In this document: positions 31,142 through 39,874 of the stretch, piece after piece
How the letters are laid out: every line of letters starts with the position of its first letter
Position numbering within the stretch: position 1 is the stretch's first letter
Assembly: GCA_036676395.1 (NCBI GenBank)
Contig: JAKFCY010000002.1
Span: 1,728,001 to 1,792,000 of the forward strand
Source of the DNA: Bdellovibrio sp.
GTDB lineage: Bacteria > Bdellovibrionota > Bdellovibrionia > Bdellovibrionales > Bdellovibrionaceae
Reading direction: 5' to 3'
Length of the DNA stretch: 64,000 nucleotides
Position numbers and translations under genes: made by a program
The notes under the pieces: generated by a model
What the model saw: the letters and a program-made list of their open reading frames with translations, nothing else
What the model was told of the DNA's origin: nothing
Databases searched by the model: none

Positions 31142-31816
31142 ATGATCTTAAGAATGAAAATGATTAATTTAGGTTACACAAAATTAGGTCTTCCGCTTCA
31201 TGGATATCATTTTACTCCTGTAAAGGGCGTAGCCAAAAACCGCGCTCTTGTTATCGGCGGCATTCACGGTGATGAGCCAGAAGGCGTTGTCGCAACGCGC
31301 GGCTTACTAGATGCTTTTCTAAAAAACTACACTTTGGATTTAGAATTAGTGTTAGTTCCTGAAATGAACCCTGAAGGTGTGTTACTTAAAACTCGTGGTA
31401 ATTCAAATAAAGTAGATCTTAATCGCAATATGGCGACAAAAGATTGGTCTCCGGTTGCGGCCAGCGAACGCTATCACCCAGGTCCTGCTCCGATGAGCGA
31501 ACTTGAAAACCAACTGTTAGCTAAATTTATCGAAGACTTCAAACCTACAGTTATTTTTTCGCTGCACTCATGGAAGCCGATGTTAAACACCAACGGTGTT
31601 TTACCTGAAGCTGACGCTATCGCCAAAATCACAGGATACGAAATTCACCCCGATATCGGCTACCCGACCCCCGGATCACTTGGCACCTGGGCAGGCTTTG
31701 AAAGAAACATTCCTACATTAACTTACGAAGTCGAACGCGATATTTCATTTAAACCAATTATTGATATTCATGTGCCAGCGATCATCGAAGGCCTAAAAGT
31801 CACAGCCCAAAGGTAA
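31142..31816 (+). CDS. mpaA: Murein peptide amidase A-like M14 zinc carboxypeptidase
   Basis: GGIHGDE, VDLNRN, SLHS, GYPTPGSLGTW, TYE. Confidence 0.8.
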   Translation: MILRMKMINLGYTKLGLPLHGYHFTPVKGVAKNRALVIGGIHGDEPEGVVATRGLLDAFLKNYTLDLELVLVPEMNPEGVLLKTRGNSNKVDLNRNMATKDWSPVAASERYHPGPAPMSELENQLLAKFIEDFKPTVIFSLHSWKPMLNTNGVLPEADAIAKITGYEIHPDIGYPTPGSLGTWAGFERNIPTLTYEVERDISFKPIIDIHVPAIIEGLKVTAQR

Positions 31817-31847
31817 ACAAGTCGTGTCGAAGACACGCGGAGAAACA

Positions 31848-32663
31848 ATGAAACAAGACATTCTTAAATTACACCAAACATTAGCCGACAATAAAGACTA
31901 CCAAATCTCAGCTTTCGATAAAGAATTAATCTTGAACGCGATGAATGATTTAGACACTGGTAAAATCCGCGTTTCAGAAAAAATAGATGGCCAATGGATC
32001 ACCAATGAATGGGTTAAAAAATCTATTCTTTTATATTTTCGTATCACGACAAATAAAGTGATCAACTCGGGCGATTTATCTTACTTTGATAAAATCCCGG
32101 TTAAAAAATTTGGCGAAGCCAATGGCGTACGTGTGGTTCCGCAGGCGATCGCACGTTTTGGTTCATTCATTGAAGCAGGCGCAATCTTAATGCCTTCGTA
32201 TGTAAATATCGGGGCATATGTTGGCGCCGGCACAATGGTTGATACCTGGGCCACTGTAGGATCATGTGCACAAGTTGGAAAAAATGTTCACTTGTCTGGT
32301 GGTGTTGGTCTTGGCGGAGTTTTAGAACCGGCACAAGCACAACCCGTTATTGTTGAAGATGATTGTTTTGTTGGCAGCCGGTGCATCGTGGTTGAAGGTG
32401 TTCATCTTGAACCCGGTGTTGTGTTAGGCGCAGGAGTTACAATTACGGCTTCGACAAAAATCATTGATGTGACTCAAAAAGATGTGGTTTACAAAGGTCG
32501 CGTTCCTGCAAATTCAGTGGTGATTCCAGGTGTTGAAATGAAGACTTACCCTGCCGGAACATTCGGTGTACCAGCCGCTTTAATTATTGGTTTAAGAAAA
32601 GAATCAACGAACAAGAAAACATCGTTAAACGATGCGCTTCGTGATTTTAACGTTAGTGTTTAG
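31848..32663 (+). CDS. dapD: Tetrahydrodipicolinate N-succinyltransferase
   Basis: EWVKKSILLYF, MPSYVNIGAYV, DTWATVGSCAQ, GGVLEP. Confidence 0.95.
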   Translation: MKQDILKLHQTLADNKDYQISAFDKELILNAMNDLDTGKIRVSEKIDGQWITNEWVKKSILLYFRITTNKVINSGDLSYFDKIPVKKFGEANGVRVVPQAIARFGSFIEAGAILMPSYVNIGAYVGAGTMVDTWATVGSCAQVGKNVHLSGGVGLGGVLEPAQAQPVIVEDDCFVGSRCIVVEGVHLEPGVVLGAGVTITASTKIIDVTQKDVVYKGRVPANSVVIPGVEMKTYPAGTFGVPAALIIGLRKESTNKKTSLNDALRDFNVSV

Positions 32664-33891
32664 ATTTTAAAAGAATAGCCGGTTCGATCTTAAGCGATGC
32701 TCGAGCCGGAATATAACAGCCAACGACAGCTAAAGCAGTCACGCCCAAGACCACATAAAAAGTAAATACCGGATTTACCAAAGCCGGAATCGAAGAATCA
32801 TAATAAACCGCAGGCAAAATATTTAAGGGGTAATACTGCAAGTAATATCCCGCCGCCACGCCAATAAATGTTCCTAAAAATAATCCTGATAATGAAATCC
32901 ATAAGCCCATCATTAAAAACAACATGAGAGTATTTTTTGATGAATAGCCTAACGTTTTAATAATCGCGATATCTAATTTTTTCTGCGACATAATAAGAGC
33001 CAACACCGTTAAAATTGAAGAAGATGCAATTAATCCTGCAAGCCCCAGAAATACACCGATCATGGTTTTCTCCATAAACAGAGCAAAAAATAAATCTGAG
33101 TTTTTTTGCTGCCAAGATTCAACGTGCTCAAAACCTTGCGCTTCTAAACTGGTTCTTAGCGGCTCCATTTGGTTGATATCTTTTAACCACACATGATAAC
33201 CGCTGGTCTTAGACGGACTTTGTCGTAATGATTTGATCGATAAGTCTTTATTAAAAAATAGTAATTTTGAATCGAGATCATATAAATCGGTCGTAACGAT
33301 TCTACGAATAGTGGCCTTTTCAAAAACTGGAGCTTCCATCGAGCTTAATAATAAACTCTCGGCCGGAATCAGCGTGACCATATCACCTTCTAATAAACCA
33401 AGAGATCTGGCCAGATCAATCCCCACCGCGATTTCATTAGCCTGAAGCTCTAAGTCGACATCAAGTGATGGGTCATAAAACACAAACCTTGGATCTTGGT
33501 TACTTACTTTTAAATCTTTAAGTTGTTTAAACCAAAAACTGATCCCTGCTTGGTCATACCCGATCGCACTGGTTCCGCGAAACTGGCCGTCCACTGTTCG
33601 AAGCATCAGATCATAACTCTCATAGGGAATGACCGACATGTCATTTGTCGAAGGAATCTCGGCTAAGGCTTTTTCTTTTTTAATGATATTTAAATGCGGG
33701 TCTAAAGCTAAGATACGGTTTTTAATATTGTGGTTCATGCCGTTCATGACAAAAAGCACCAAGAAAAAGATGGCGACACTTAAAGTAATGGCGATAAACG
33801 ATAGTAGCGAAATCCGGCGAATCAACGAAGCTGATCTGTTGGAAATAATTAATTTAGTTAAAAAGAAATAACTTAACGAATCTCGCAGCAT
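32653..33891 (-). CDS. LolC/E-type (FtsX-like) ABC transporter permease
   Basis: VLFVMNG, large periplasmic loop, IAIIKTLG, IPARA...EPA. Confidence 0.82.
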   Translation of the reverse strand: MLRDSLSYFFLTKLIISNRSASLIRRISLLSFIAITLSVAIFFLVLFVMNGMNHNIKNRILALDPHLNIIKKEKALAEIPSTNDMSVIPYESYDLMLRTVDGQFRGTSAIGYDQAGISFWFKQLKDLKVSNQDPRFVFYDPSLDVDLELQANEIAVGIDLARSLGLLEGDMVTLIPAESLLLSSMEAPVFEKATIRRIVTTDLYDLDSKLLFFNKDLSIKSLRQSPSKTSGYHVWLKDINQMEPLRTSLEAQGFEHVESWQQKNSDLFFALFMEKTMIGVFLGLAGLIASSSILTVLALIMSQKKLDIAIIKTLGYSSKNTLMLFLMMGLWISLSGLFLGTFIGVAAGYYLQYYPLNILPAVYYDSSIPALVNPVFTFYVVLGVTALAVVGCYIPARASLKIEPAILLKSKH

Positions 33892-33938
33892 GCGAGCTTA
33901 TTAGAACACTGAGGCTTAAACCTGTCTAGTTCGAGAAT

Positions 33939-34628
33939 TTAGAAATGAGCGACTTTTTTAGTGGGCGCTGTTTCATCAAAATAGATGATGCCTTCTTCTA
34001 AAAACAATTTGTTATGGCCAATATGGTTCATCGCCGTTGGGTGATGGTTGGTCATAAAAATGTGGCGCAAATGCCCAGCACGCTGTTTGTACTGAATAAG
34101 GTCTAAAAAGTTTAACCACTGTGCCTCTGTAAGGCCTGAGGCTGGGTCTTCTAACAAAAGCATTTGCGGATTTTTAGCAATGGCTTGAGTCATAAAAACC
34201 ATCTTTTGTACGCCATAACTTAATTTGCCTAACTCGTTATTCAAATAAGGAGTTAGATCTAACTGTTCACAAATCACTTGAAGTTCTTCAGGCGTGGTAA
34301 ACTGATCAAAAAAAGCTTTCACCGTGATACTTAAGTGGTGATGACTACCTTCAAAGTAGGCTCCCATAATTGAACGTGGGTCAACCTCGTGTTCGTCTGC
34401 AAAAATATCCTGACCGTTCCATAAAATCCGGCCCGAAGTGCATGGACGAGCCCCCGATAAAAACTGTAAAAATTGTAATGAACTATTTGGGTTTGATGAT
34501 TCAATCACCACAGTTTGATCTGCAGGCAATTCAAAATCTACGCTTTGCAAAACGGGATCTGTGCCCGGTTGTAAAAGAGTAACGTTTTCTAAGTAGACTT
34601 GATTTAGATCAAATAAATTTGCCATCAA
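33939..34628 (-). CDS. ABC ATPase-like protein with degenerate Walker A
   Basis: LSYGVQK signature-like, LLLEDP Walker B-like, H-loop; ESSNPNSS where GxxGxGK is expected. Confidence 0.7.
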   Translation of the reverse strand: MMANLFDLNQVYLENVTLLQPGTDPVLQSVDFELPADQTVVIESSNPNSSLQFLQFLSGARPCTSGRILWNGQDIFADEHEVDPRSIMGAYFEGSHHHLSITVKAFFDQFTTPEELQVICEQLDLTPYLNNELGKLSYGVQKMVFMTQAIAKNPQMLLLEDPASGLTEAQWLNFLDLIQYKQRAGHLRHIFMTNHHPTAMNHIGHNKLFLEEGIIYFDETAPTKKVAHF

Positions 34629-34640
34629 GGCTTTATCGGC

Positions 34641-35216
34641 TTATGCGCCGATAAAGTTAACTAGACCGAAGACTGTATAGAACAATGATTTCACTAATTC
34701 TAAGGCAAAATCAAAAACTGATTGTTCTGACCTAGAATTGGCTAGCGTAAGCTTTTTGATATCGATGGTGTTCGGAAAGACATCGCGAAAGATCGAATAA
34801 GCTCTGGCCATGTGCAATTGCGACGTGACCAATAAAACATCCTGGCATTTAAGTGATTCAACTAAAACCACGGATTGATGGGCATTACCAAAAGTTGTTT
34901 GTGATCTTTTTTCTAAGATCACATCATCGGGATTAATTTCATTATAATACGGCCAATACGGAAAAACTTCGGTGTAGGTGGCCTCTTTGAAAACCCCCGA
35001 CACGATTAGTTTTTTGATGCGTTTTTGCTGAAGTAGTTCAAAGCCTTCACGGATTCTTCCAGGTGCGCCAGTTAAAACAACCGCACAGTCGGCTTCAGTC
35101 GTTTGCGTCCATACATTGATCGGTTCATCTTTTATTTTTTTGGCGTGAATAGTTAAAATACTCACACCAATTAAAAAGAAAACATAGAAGATCAATGATT
35201 TAGGTCTAAATGACAT
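34641..35216 (-). CDS. YdcF/DUF218 family protein
   Basis: VVLTG..GRI, LIVSG, SQTTFGNA, VTSQLHMARA. Confidence 0.88.
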   Translation of the reverse strand: MSFRPKSLIFYVFFLIGVSILTIHAKKIKDEPINVWTQTTEADCAVVLTGAPGRIREGFELLQQKRIKKLIVSGVFKEATYTEVFPYWPYYNEINPDDVILEKRSQTTFGNAHQSVVLVESLKCQDVLLVTSQLHMARAYSIFRDVFPNTIDIKKLTLANSRSEQSVFDFALELVKSLFYTVFGLVNFIGA

Positions 35217-35221
35217 CGAGC

Positions 35222-35608
35222 TTAAGCTTGTTTATGAGCAATCACTTCGATTTCAACATTCACACCTTTTGGTAAACCGGCAACAGCTACAGTTGAACGC
35301 GCTGGTGGGTTTTGCGGAAAACGCGTGGCATAAACTTCGTTGACCGCTGCAAAGTCATTCATGCTTGTTAAAAAAATCGTCGTTTTGATGATATTAGAAA
35401 ATTTAAGATCAGCTTGAGTTAAAACAGCTTCGATATTTTTCAATACCATTTCAGTTTGCTGTTTAACATCGCCCGTGAACACTTCTTGTGTTTGTGGGTT
35501 AATTGCAATCTGCCCAGAGCAGAATAAGAAGTCTCCCATTTGCACAGCTTGTGAATATGGACCTACTGCTTTTGGAGCATTGTCTGTGTGAAGAATTGAT
35601 TTAGCCAT
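35222..35608 (-). CDS. ridA: RidA/YjgF family enamine deaminase
   Basis: APKAVGPYSQA, SGQI, PARSTVAV, LPKGVNVEIE. Confidence 0.93.
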   Translation of the reverse strand: MAKSILHTDNAPKAVGPYSQAVQMGDFLFCSGQIAINPQTQEVFTGDVKQQTEMVLKNIEAVLTQADLKFSNIIKTTIFLTSMNDFAAVNEVYATRFPQNPPARSTVAVAGLPKGVNVEIEVIAHKQA

Positions 35609-35619
35609 TACATTTTCTC

Positions 35620-36111
35620 CTAGAAATAAAAAATAATACCAGCACGTAACGGATGATCTGCAATCGTGCGGATACGGGTGTCTTTAACTGACGACAATCC
35701 TAAACCGCCCTCAAACGAAAAACCAACATTTTCTAGCCCGCTAGCGAAAAACTCAATGCCCATTAAAAAATTAGCTTCAAAGCCATTTTCTTTACCGGTT
35801 ACCGGCTCTTCAAATGTCACTAAACCCAGCTGACCACCAGCGTAATAATGCAATTGGTTTTCGTGAAAAATAACATGGCGAATACCCGCATTGATTTGGA
35901 ATTTTGAATAATCTTTTTTCGTGTCTACACCGACACCGCCAGTGACAGCTGTTAAGCCATTAATGTGATAGACAACGGCTAAAGAAGGAAGACTTTCAGA
36001 GGTATTATCTTTAATACCCACCCCTAAACGTTGGGGCATTTCTTTAGCCGCAACCAGTGATGAAAATAACGACACAATTGCAAGGGCAAGGAATTTTTTT
36101 GATAACTTCAT
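35620..36111 (-). CDS. Small outer-membrane beta-barrel protein
   Basis: Signal peptide, amphipathic strands, C-terminal IFYF; ATG 36111 after GGAGG. Confidence 0.75.
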   Translation of the reverse strand: MKLSKKFLALAIVSLFSSLVAAKEMPQRLGVGIKDNTSESLPSLAVVYHINGLTAVTGGVGVDTKKDYSKFQINAGIRHVIFHENQLHYYAGGQLGLVTFEEPVTGKENGFEANFLMGIEFFASGLENVGFSFEGGLGLSSVKDTRIRTIADHPLRAGIIFYF

Positions 36112-36181
36112 AGTAGCCTCCATCCCCTATAGGTTGACACTGCGGCGTTGGCTTGTCAGCATATTTTCTATGGAGATTCGT

Positions 36182-36829
36182 ATGAAAAAATTAATGACCT
36201 TAGTAATTACAACTGCAATCACAGCTTTTTCTTTAGCTCTATCTGCTCAATCTTTGACGACTAATGTGGGCGATAAAAAATATGACACTTATAGCTTAGC
36301 TGATTCAGCTGATCTTAAAGTTGATAAAGACACGATGAACTTAAAGCCCGTTTCTCATGGCATCAGAAAGAAAAAATTTTTCGCAATCCTGCCAGTTAAA
36401 GTTTATTACGCTGAATTGTTAGCAGCTAAACCTGAAGCTTTAGTTAAGACTGACACAGAAGTTTTACCTTCATTAAAAGCTGCAGGGCCTGTGCAACTGC
36501 GTTTAACAATGTTACGTGATTTACCAGCAAAAAAGATTTCTGATTCTTTCGTTGATGCTCTTAAGGCTAATGATGTCGCTGTTGATTCAGGTGACATGAA
36601 AACTGTATTAGAACATATCTCGACGATGAGCGAATTCAAAAAAGGCGAAATTTTTTCAATCGTTGGTTCATCAAAAGACGATAAAGGTTTTTTATACTTG
36701 CAAAAACCTACTGGCGAAATCATTACGGTTGCTGGTTCTAATAAACTTGTCGAACAAATGTTTAGCATTTGGTTAGGCAAACCCGTTGATGACAAATTAG
36801 CAGAGTTAAAAAAAGAACTTCTTAAATAG
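36182..36829 (+). CDS. Chalcone isomerase-like family secreted protein
   Basis: GIRKKKF..VKVY, LRLTMLRD, FSIWLGKPVD..LK..LL. Confidence 0.82.
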   Translation: MKKLMTLVITTAITAFSLALSAQSLTTNVGDKKYDTYSLADSADLKVDKDTMNLKPVSHGIRKKKFFAILPVKVYYAELLAAKPEALVKTDTEVLPSLKAAGPVQLRLTMLRDLPAKKISDSFVDALKANDVAVDSGDMKTVLEHISTMSEFKKGEIFSIVGSSKDDKGFLYLQKPTGEIITVAGSNKLVEQMFSIWLGKPVDDKLAELKKELLK

Positions 36830-38058
36830 TGCGTAAGTTCATATTATTTTTCTTTATTTCACTTTATTCAGCCTGTGCTTTTGCACAGGCTTTTTCTATT
36901 GGCCAATTTTCAATCGGCGAAGCTGCCGTTGATCTAGATGTAAATGATTTTAACATCGAAAAAAGCCATAGTGATATCGACGCCAGCTTCAATGCCGATA
37001 GCATCCAGTGGCTGCGTCCGGAGAACAATTTATTAACTCCCCGTGTTTTATTAACCATTAATGTTCCTAAGAAATACCACCCGGTTTATTTTAAAATTGC
37101 TGGCCAAGTTGTCTTTGCCACCCAAGTTTATGTAAATTTATTTAATCCTGAAACGATTCAAATTTTTCAGGGCGATAAAATCTTAGACACTATTCATATC
37201 ACTGCCAAATCGGTGGCCCGCTCTAAACTAAAACAATGGATCGATTACACTTGTCTTCCGTATAACGTGGTTATCACTGGCATTGAGCAGCAGTACTCAT
37301 CTACGGGTTGCAAATTGCATCGCGTGGGTTCTTTTGGCCGCGAAACTCCCCGGTTAGAAGTAGCATTCGCTTCTCCGAATTTAGCCACTTTAGCCGGTGA
37401 TCACCCGCCATTTTTATTTAATCTTCAGGATAACGCAGCCGTTGATACGGTTTTAATAAATAATAGCACCAAAGAAAAAGTAAACGTTTCTGTCAGTGCA
37501 AAACTTCCTGAACGTTTGCAGCGTTTAAAAATGGCTGGCGGTATTGGCCCTTACTTTTTTACGAGCACTTATAATTTAGAAACTAAAGGGCCAGATGCGG
37601 CTCCTTCATATATGCTTTATGGAAAATACGAATTATCTGAAACATCATCATTTAAAGCTTTTGATGCTTTAGTTTATAATAATAAATCGTTATTCAATAA
37701 TTCAGGTTTGTATTTTTCTTATGATTTGGCGCAAGTTCTTGATGGCCAGGTTGTTTTAGGCGCACTGATTGGCTTTCAGGGTTTGCACTATCGTTTTGAC
37801 AGCGGTTATCCGAGTGAATTTGAAGTGATTTATCCGCAAGGTTTTGAAATTACTTATAATCATGCTTTCGGAATCCAGAATTACTATTTAAGTTACGGTA
37901 TGTTTTTATCGACCACTGAAGATGTGTACCGCAACATCTGGCTCCGTTACGGCAGCCAAGTGTTTTACGAATTAAATTATATTACCTGGGGTTCTGATAT
38001 TGCCGAAATCGAAATGTGGGGATTGTCTGTGGGCTTTCCGTTATTTAAAGCTTTTTAA
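36829..38058 (+). CDS. Secreted/outer-membrane hypothetical protein
   Basis: Signal peptide; aromatic-rich beta-strand C-terminal half. Confidence 0.65.
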   Translation: MRKFILFFFISLYSACAFAQAFSIGQFSIGEAAVDLDVNDFNIEKSHSDIDASFNADSIQWLRPENNLLTPRVLLTINVPKKYHPVYFKIAGQVVFATQVYVNLFNPETIQIFQGDKILDTIHITAKSVARSKLKQWIDYTCLPYNVVITGIEQQYSSTGCKLHRVGSFGRETPRLEVAFASPNLATLAGDHPPFLFNLQDNAAVDTVLINNSTKEKVNVSVSAKLPERLQRLKMAGGIGPYFFTSTYNLETKGPDAAPSYMLYGKYELSETSSFKAFDALVYNNKSLFNNSGLYFSYDLAQVLDGQVVLGALIGFQGLHYRFDSGYPSEFEVIYPQGFEITYNHAFGIQNYYLSYGMFLSTTEDVYRNIWLRYGSQVFYELNYITWGSDIAEIEMWGLSVGFPLFKAF

Positions 38059-38525
38059 TTAGACTTAAAATTAAGCTGAAATAAATCCGGCCGAACAATT
38101 AAATTAAACTGGCCGGTATCATCAGTGATATTAATTTCAGATCCATCTTGATTTGGAAAAAACTGAGCAAACATCTCTTTAGCTTTATCTCCGGTGTATT
38201 TTACGATCGCCGAGTTAAAACCGATTTTTCCAAAAGCAGAATTAAAAACTATAAATGAACAGTGATAGACGTTTTCTTGTTTTTTATTGCAGATGAAAGT
38301 CATTTCTTTTTGTGAAACGGCTAAGGCTTTGCCTGGCCCCAACATACTGTTTTGCTCAGAGACATTCATCTGTTCATAAATTCGTGCCGGCGTATGATCA
38401 AAGGTGCCATCGAAAGAATTCGAAATAAGATTAATCATATATTGCTGGCCCAGAAACCGCCCCTCGGTTCGGGCCTGCAAATTAATACTGACTAAAATTA
38501 AACTAAAAAATAATAACTTATTCAT
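38055..38525 (-). CDS. Secreted hypothetical protein
   Basis: Signal peptide, Cys pair. Confidence 0.6.
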   Translation of the reverse strand: MNKLLFFSLILVSINLQARTEGRFLGQQYMINLISNSFDGTFDHTPARIYEQMNVSEQNSMLGPGKALAVSQKEMTFICNKKQENVYHCSFIVFNSAFGKIGFNSAIVKYTGDKAKEMFAQFFPNQDGSEINITDDTGQFNLIVRPDLFQLNFKSN

Positions 38526-38538
38526 GACTTCTAAAAGG

Positions 38539-39822
38539 CTAACGTAAAGATCTGAAATTCACAAAAACTTTTTTTCCAGATTTGATTTCTATGACTTGCG
38601 AAGGCAAGTTATCCGCCGTGGGAAAATCCGCGCTATCTAACCCCAAAACTTGTATGTCATATTTCCCCGGTTTTAAAAAAACACGGGCCATTTGGATTTT
38701 AGACGGTAACGTTGACCATTGACGAAGATCAGCGCGGTCGGCCAAATTCATCGCAATCCAGGCTACCCCACCTAATAATTCATTTTTCTGTCTGATTTGA
38801 TCAGACATTACAGCTTTTGCAGCAACGCCCCCAATTCGGCGCGCTACCAGTGACGAATAATCTTTATCTAAAGTCATCATCGCCATACGATCAATATCAT
38901 AAATCACGCGCGACTTATTAACTTGGGTATAGGTTTTACCTGTTGATGATTCAAGCGGAGTAATTTCAACTTGGGCGATACTGGTTTTAAGATATTCAGT
39001 TTGTAGCGTTGGAAACCTAGGTTCATCTTGACGCGGGATTTTTTTCGCGCCGAATCCCTGTTGAAAAATAACAACAAGTTCACCGTTTTTGCGACCATTT
39101 AATTCTGCATCTAAAGCATTACGGTCAGCTTTAAACTCTTTTTTCCATTTATCTAAAGCTTGTTCTCGTCCGGCTAAACGCGCCGTGCGAATAAGGTCTC
39201 CGCCAAGGCCCGAGATAGATGGATCTAGCTTGTACGCTGCTTCATATTCTATGTAGGCATCGTCATATTTTTTTTGTGATTCCCAAATAATCGCTGATAG
39301 GTAACTGGCAAAGGGCGAAAGTTCATAGGCTTCGCGGCCTTCCATTTTAAATGATGAAATCTTGCTGTTGATTCTGCGGCATTCAACCAAGGCTGCATCA
39401 AAATCACCTAACATTAAATAATTTATAGCGTTCATGCTGTTGAGTAAAAATTTTTCGTAAGATTCACCCTTGTACTGAACCATTTCTTCGGCGCCTAAGG
39501 TGGCACCTACAATTTGACTGACAGAGTGGTAATCTTTTTCTTCTAAAAGTCGATCCGCTTTAATAAAAGCCTCGGCAGAACTGCGGTAATCACCAGAAAT
39601 TTGCAAAGCCATGGCGTAATCCAGCGTATACATCAGCTGGTCTTTTCCTGCCTCAGAAGATTTTTCTTTAAGTTCTTTTAAAGCTTGCATGATTTGCCCT
39701 TGGCGAAGAAGACTTTTGGTATTTTCGGATTGCGCCAAAAAAGAAGCGCAGCCGACCATCGCCAAGATTGTCACGACAAGTACAAAACGAATAAATTGAA
39801 ATGATTTTTTTGTGACTAGCAT
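38539..39822 (-). CDS. COG3014-type TPR-like lipoprotein
   Basis: Lipobox VGC; YKGESYE, AINYL, ALVECRR, ADLRQWSTLP. Confidence 0.8.
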   Translation of the reverse strand: MLVTKKSFQFIRFVLVVTILAMVGCASFLAQSENTKSLLRQGQIMQALKELKEKSSEAGKDQLMYTLDYAMALQISGDYRSSAEAFIKADRLLEEKDYHSVSQIVGATLGAEEMVQYKGESYEKFLLNSMNAINYLMLGDFDAALVECRRINSKISSFKMEGREAYELSPFASYLSAIIWESQKKYDDAYIEYEAAYKLDPSISGLGGDLIRTARLAGREQALDKWKKEFKADRNALDAELNGRKNGELVVIFQQGFGAKKIPRQDEPRFPTLQTEYLKTSIAQVEITPLESSTGKTYTQVNKSRVIYDIDRMAMMTLDKDYSSLVARRIGGVAAKAVMSDQIRQKNELLGGVAWIAMNLADRADLRQWSTLPSKIQMARVFLKPGKYDIQVLGLDSADFPTADNLPSQVIEIKSGKKVFVNFRSLR

Positions 39823-39874
39823 TATTAAAATTATGATTTATTACTTGATAAGCCGCAATAGCAAAAGATAGCAT

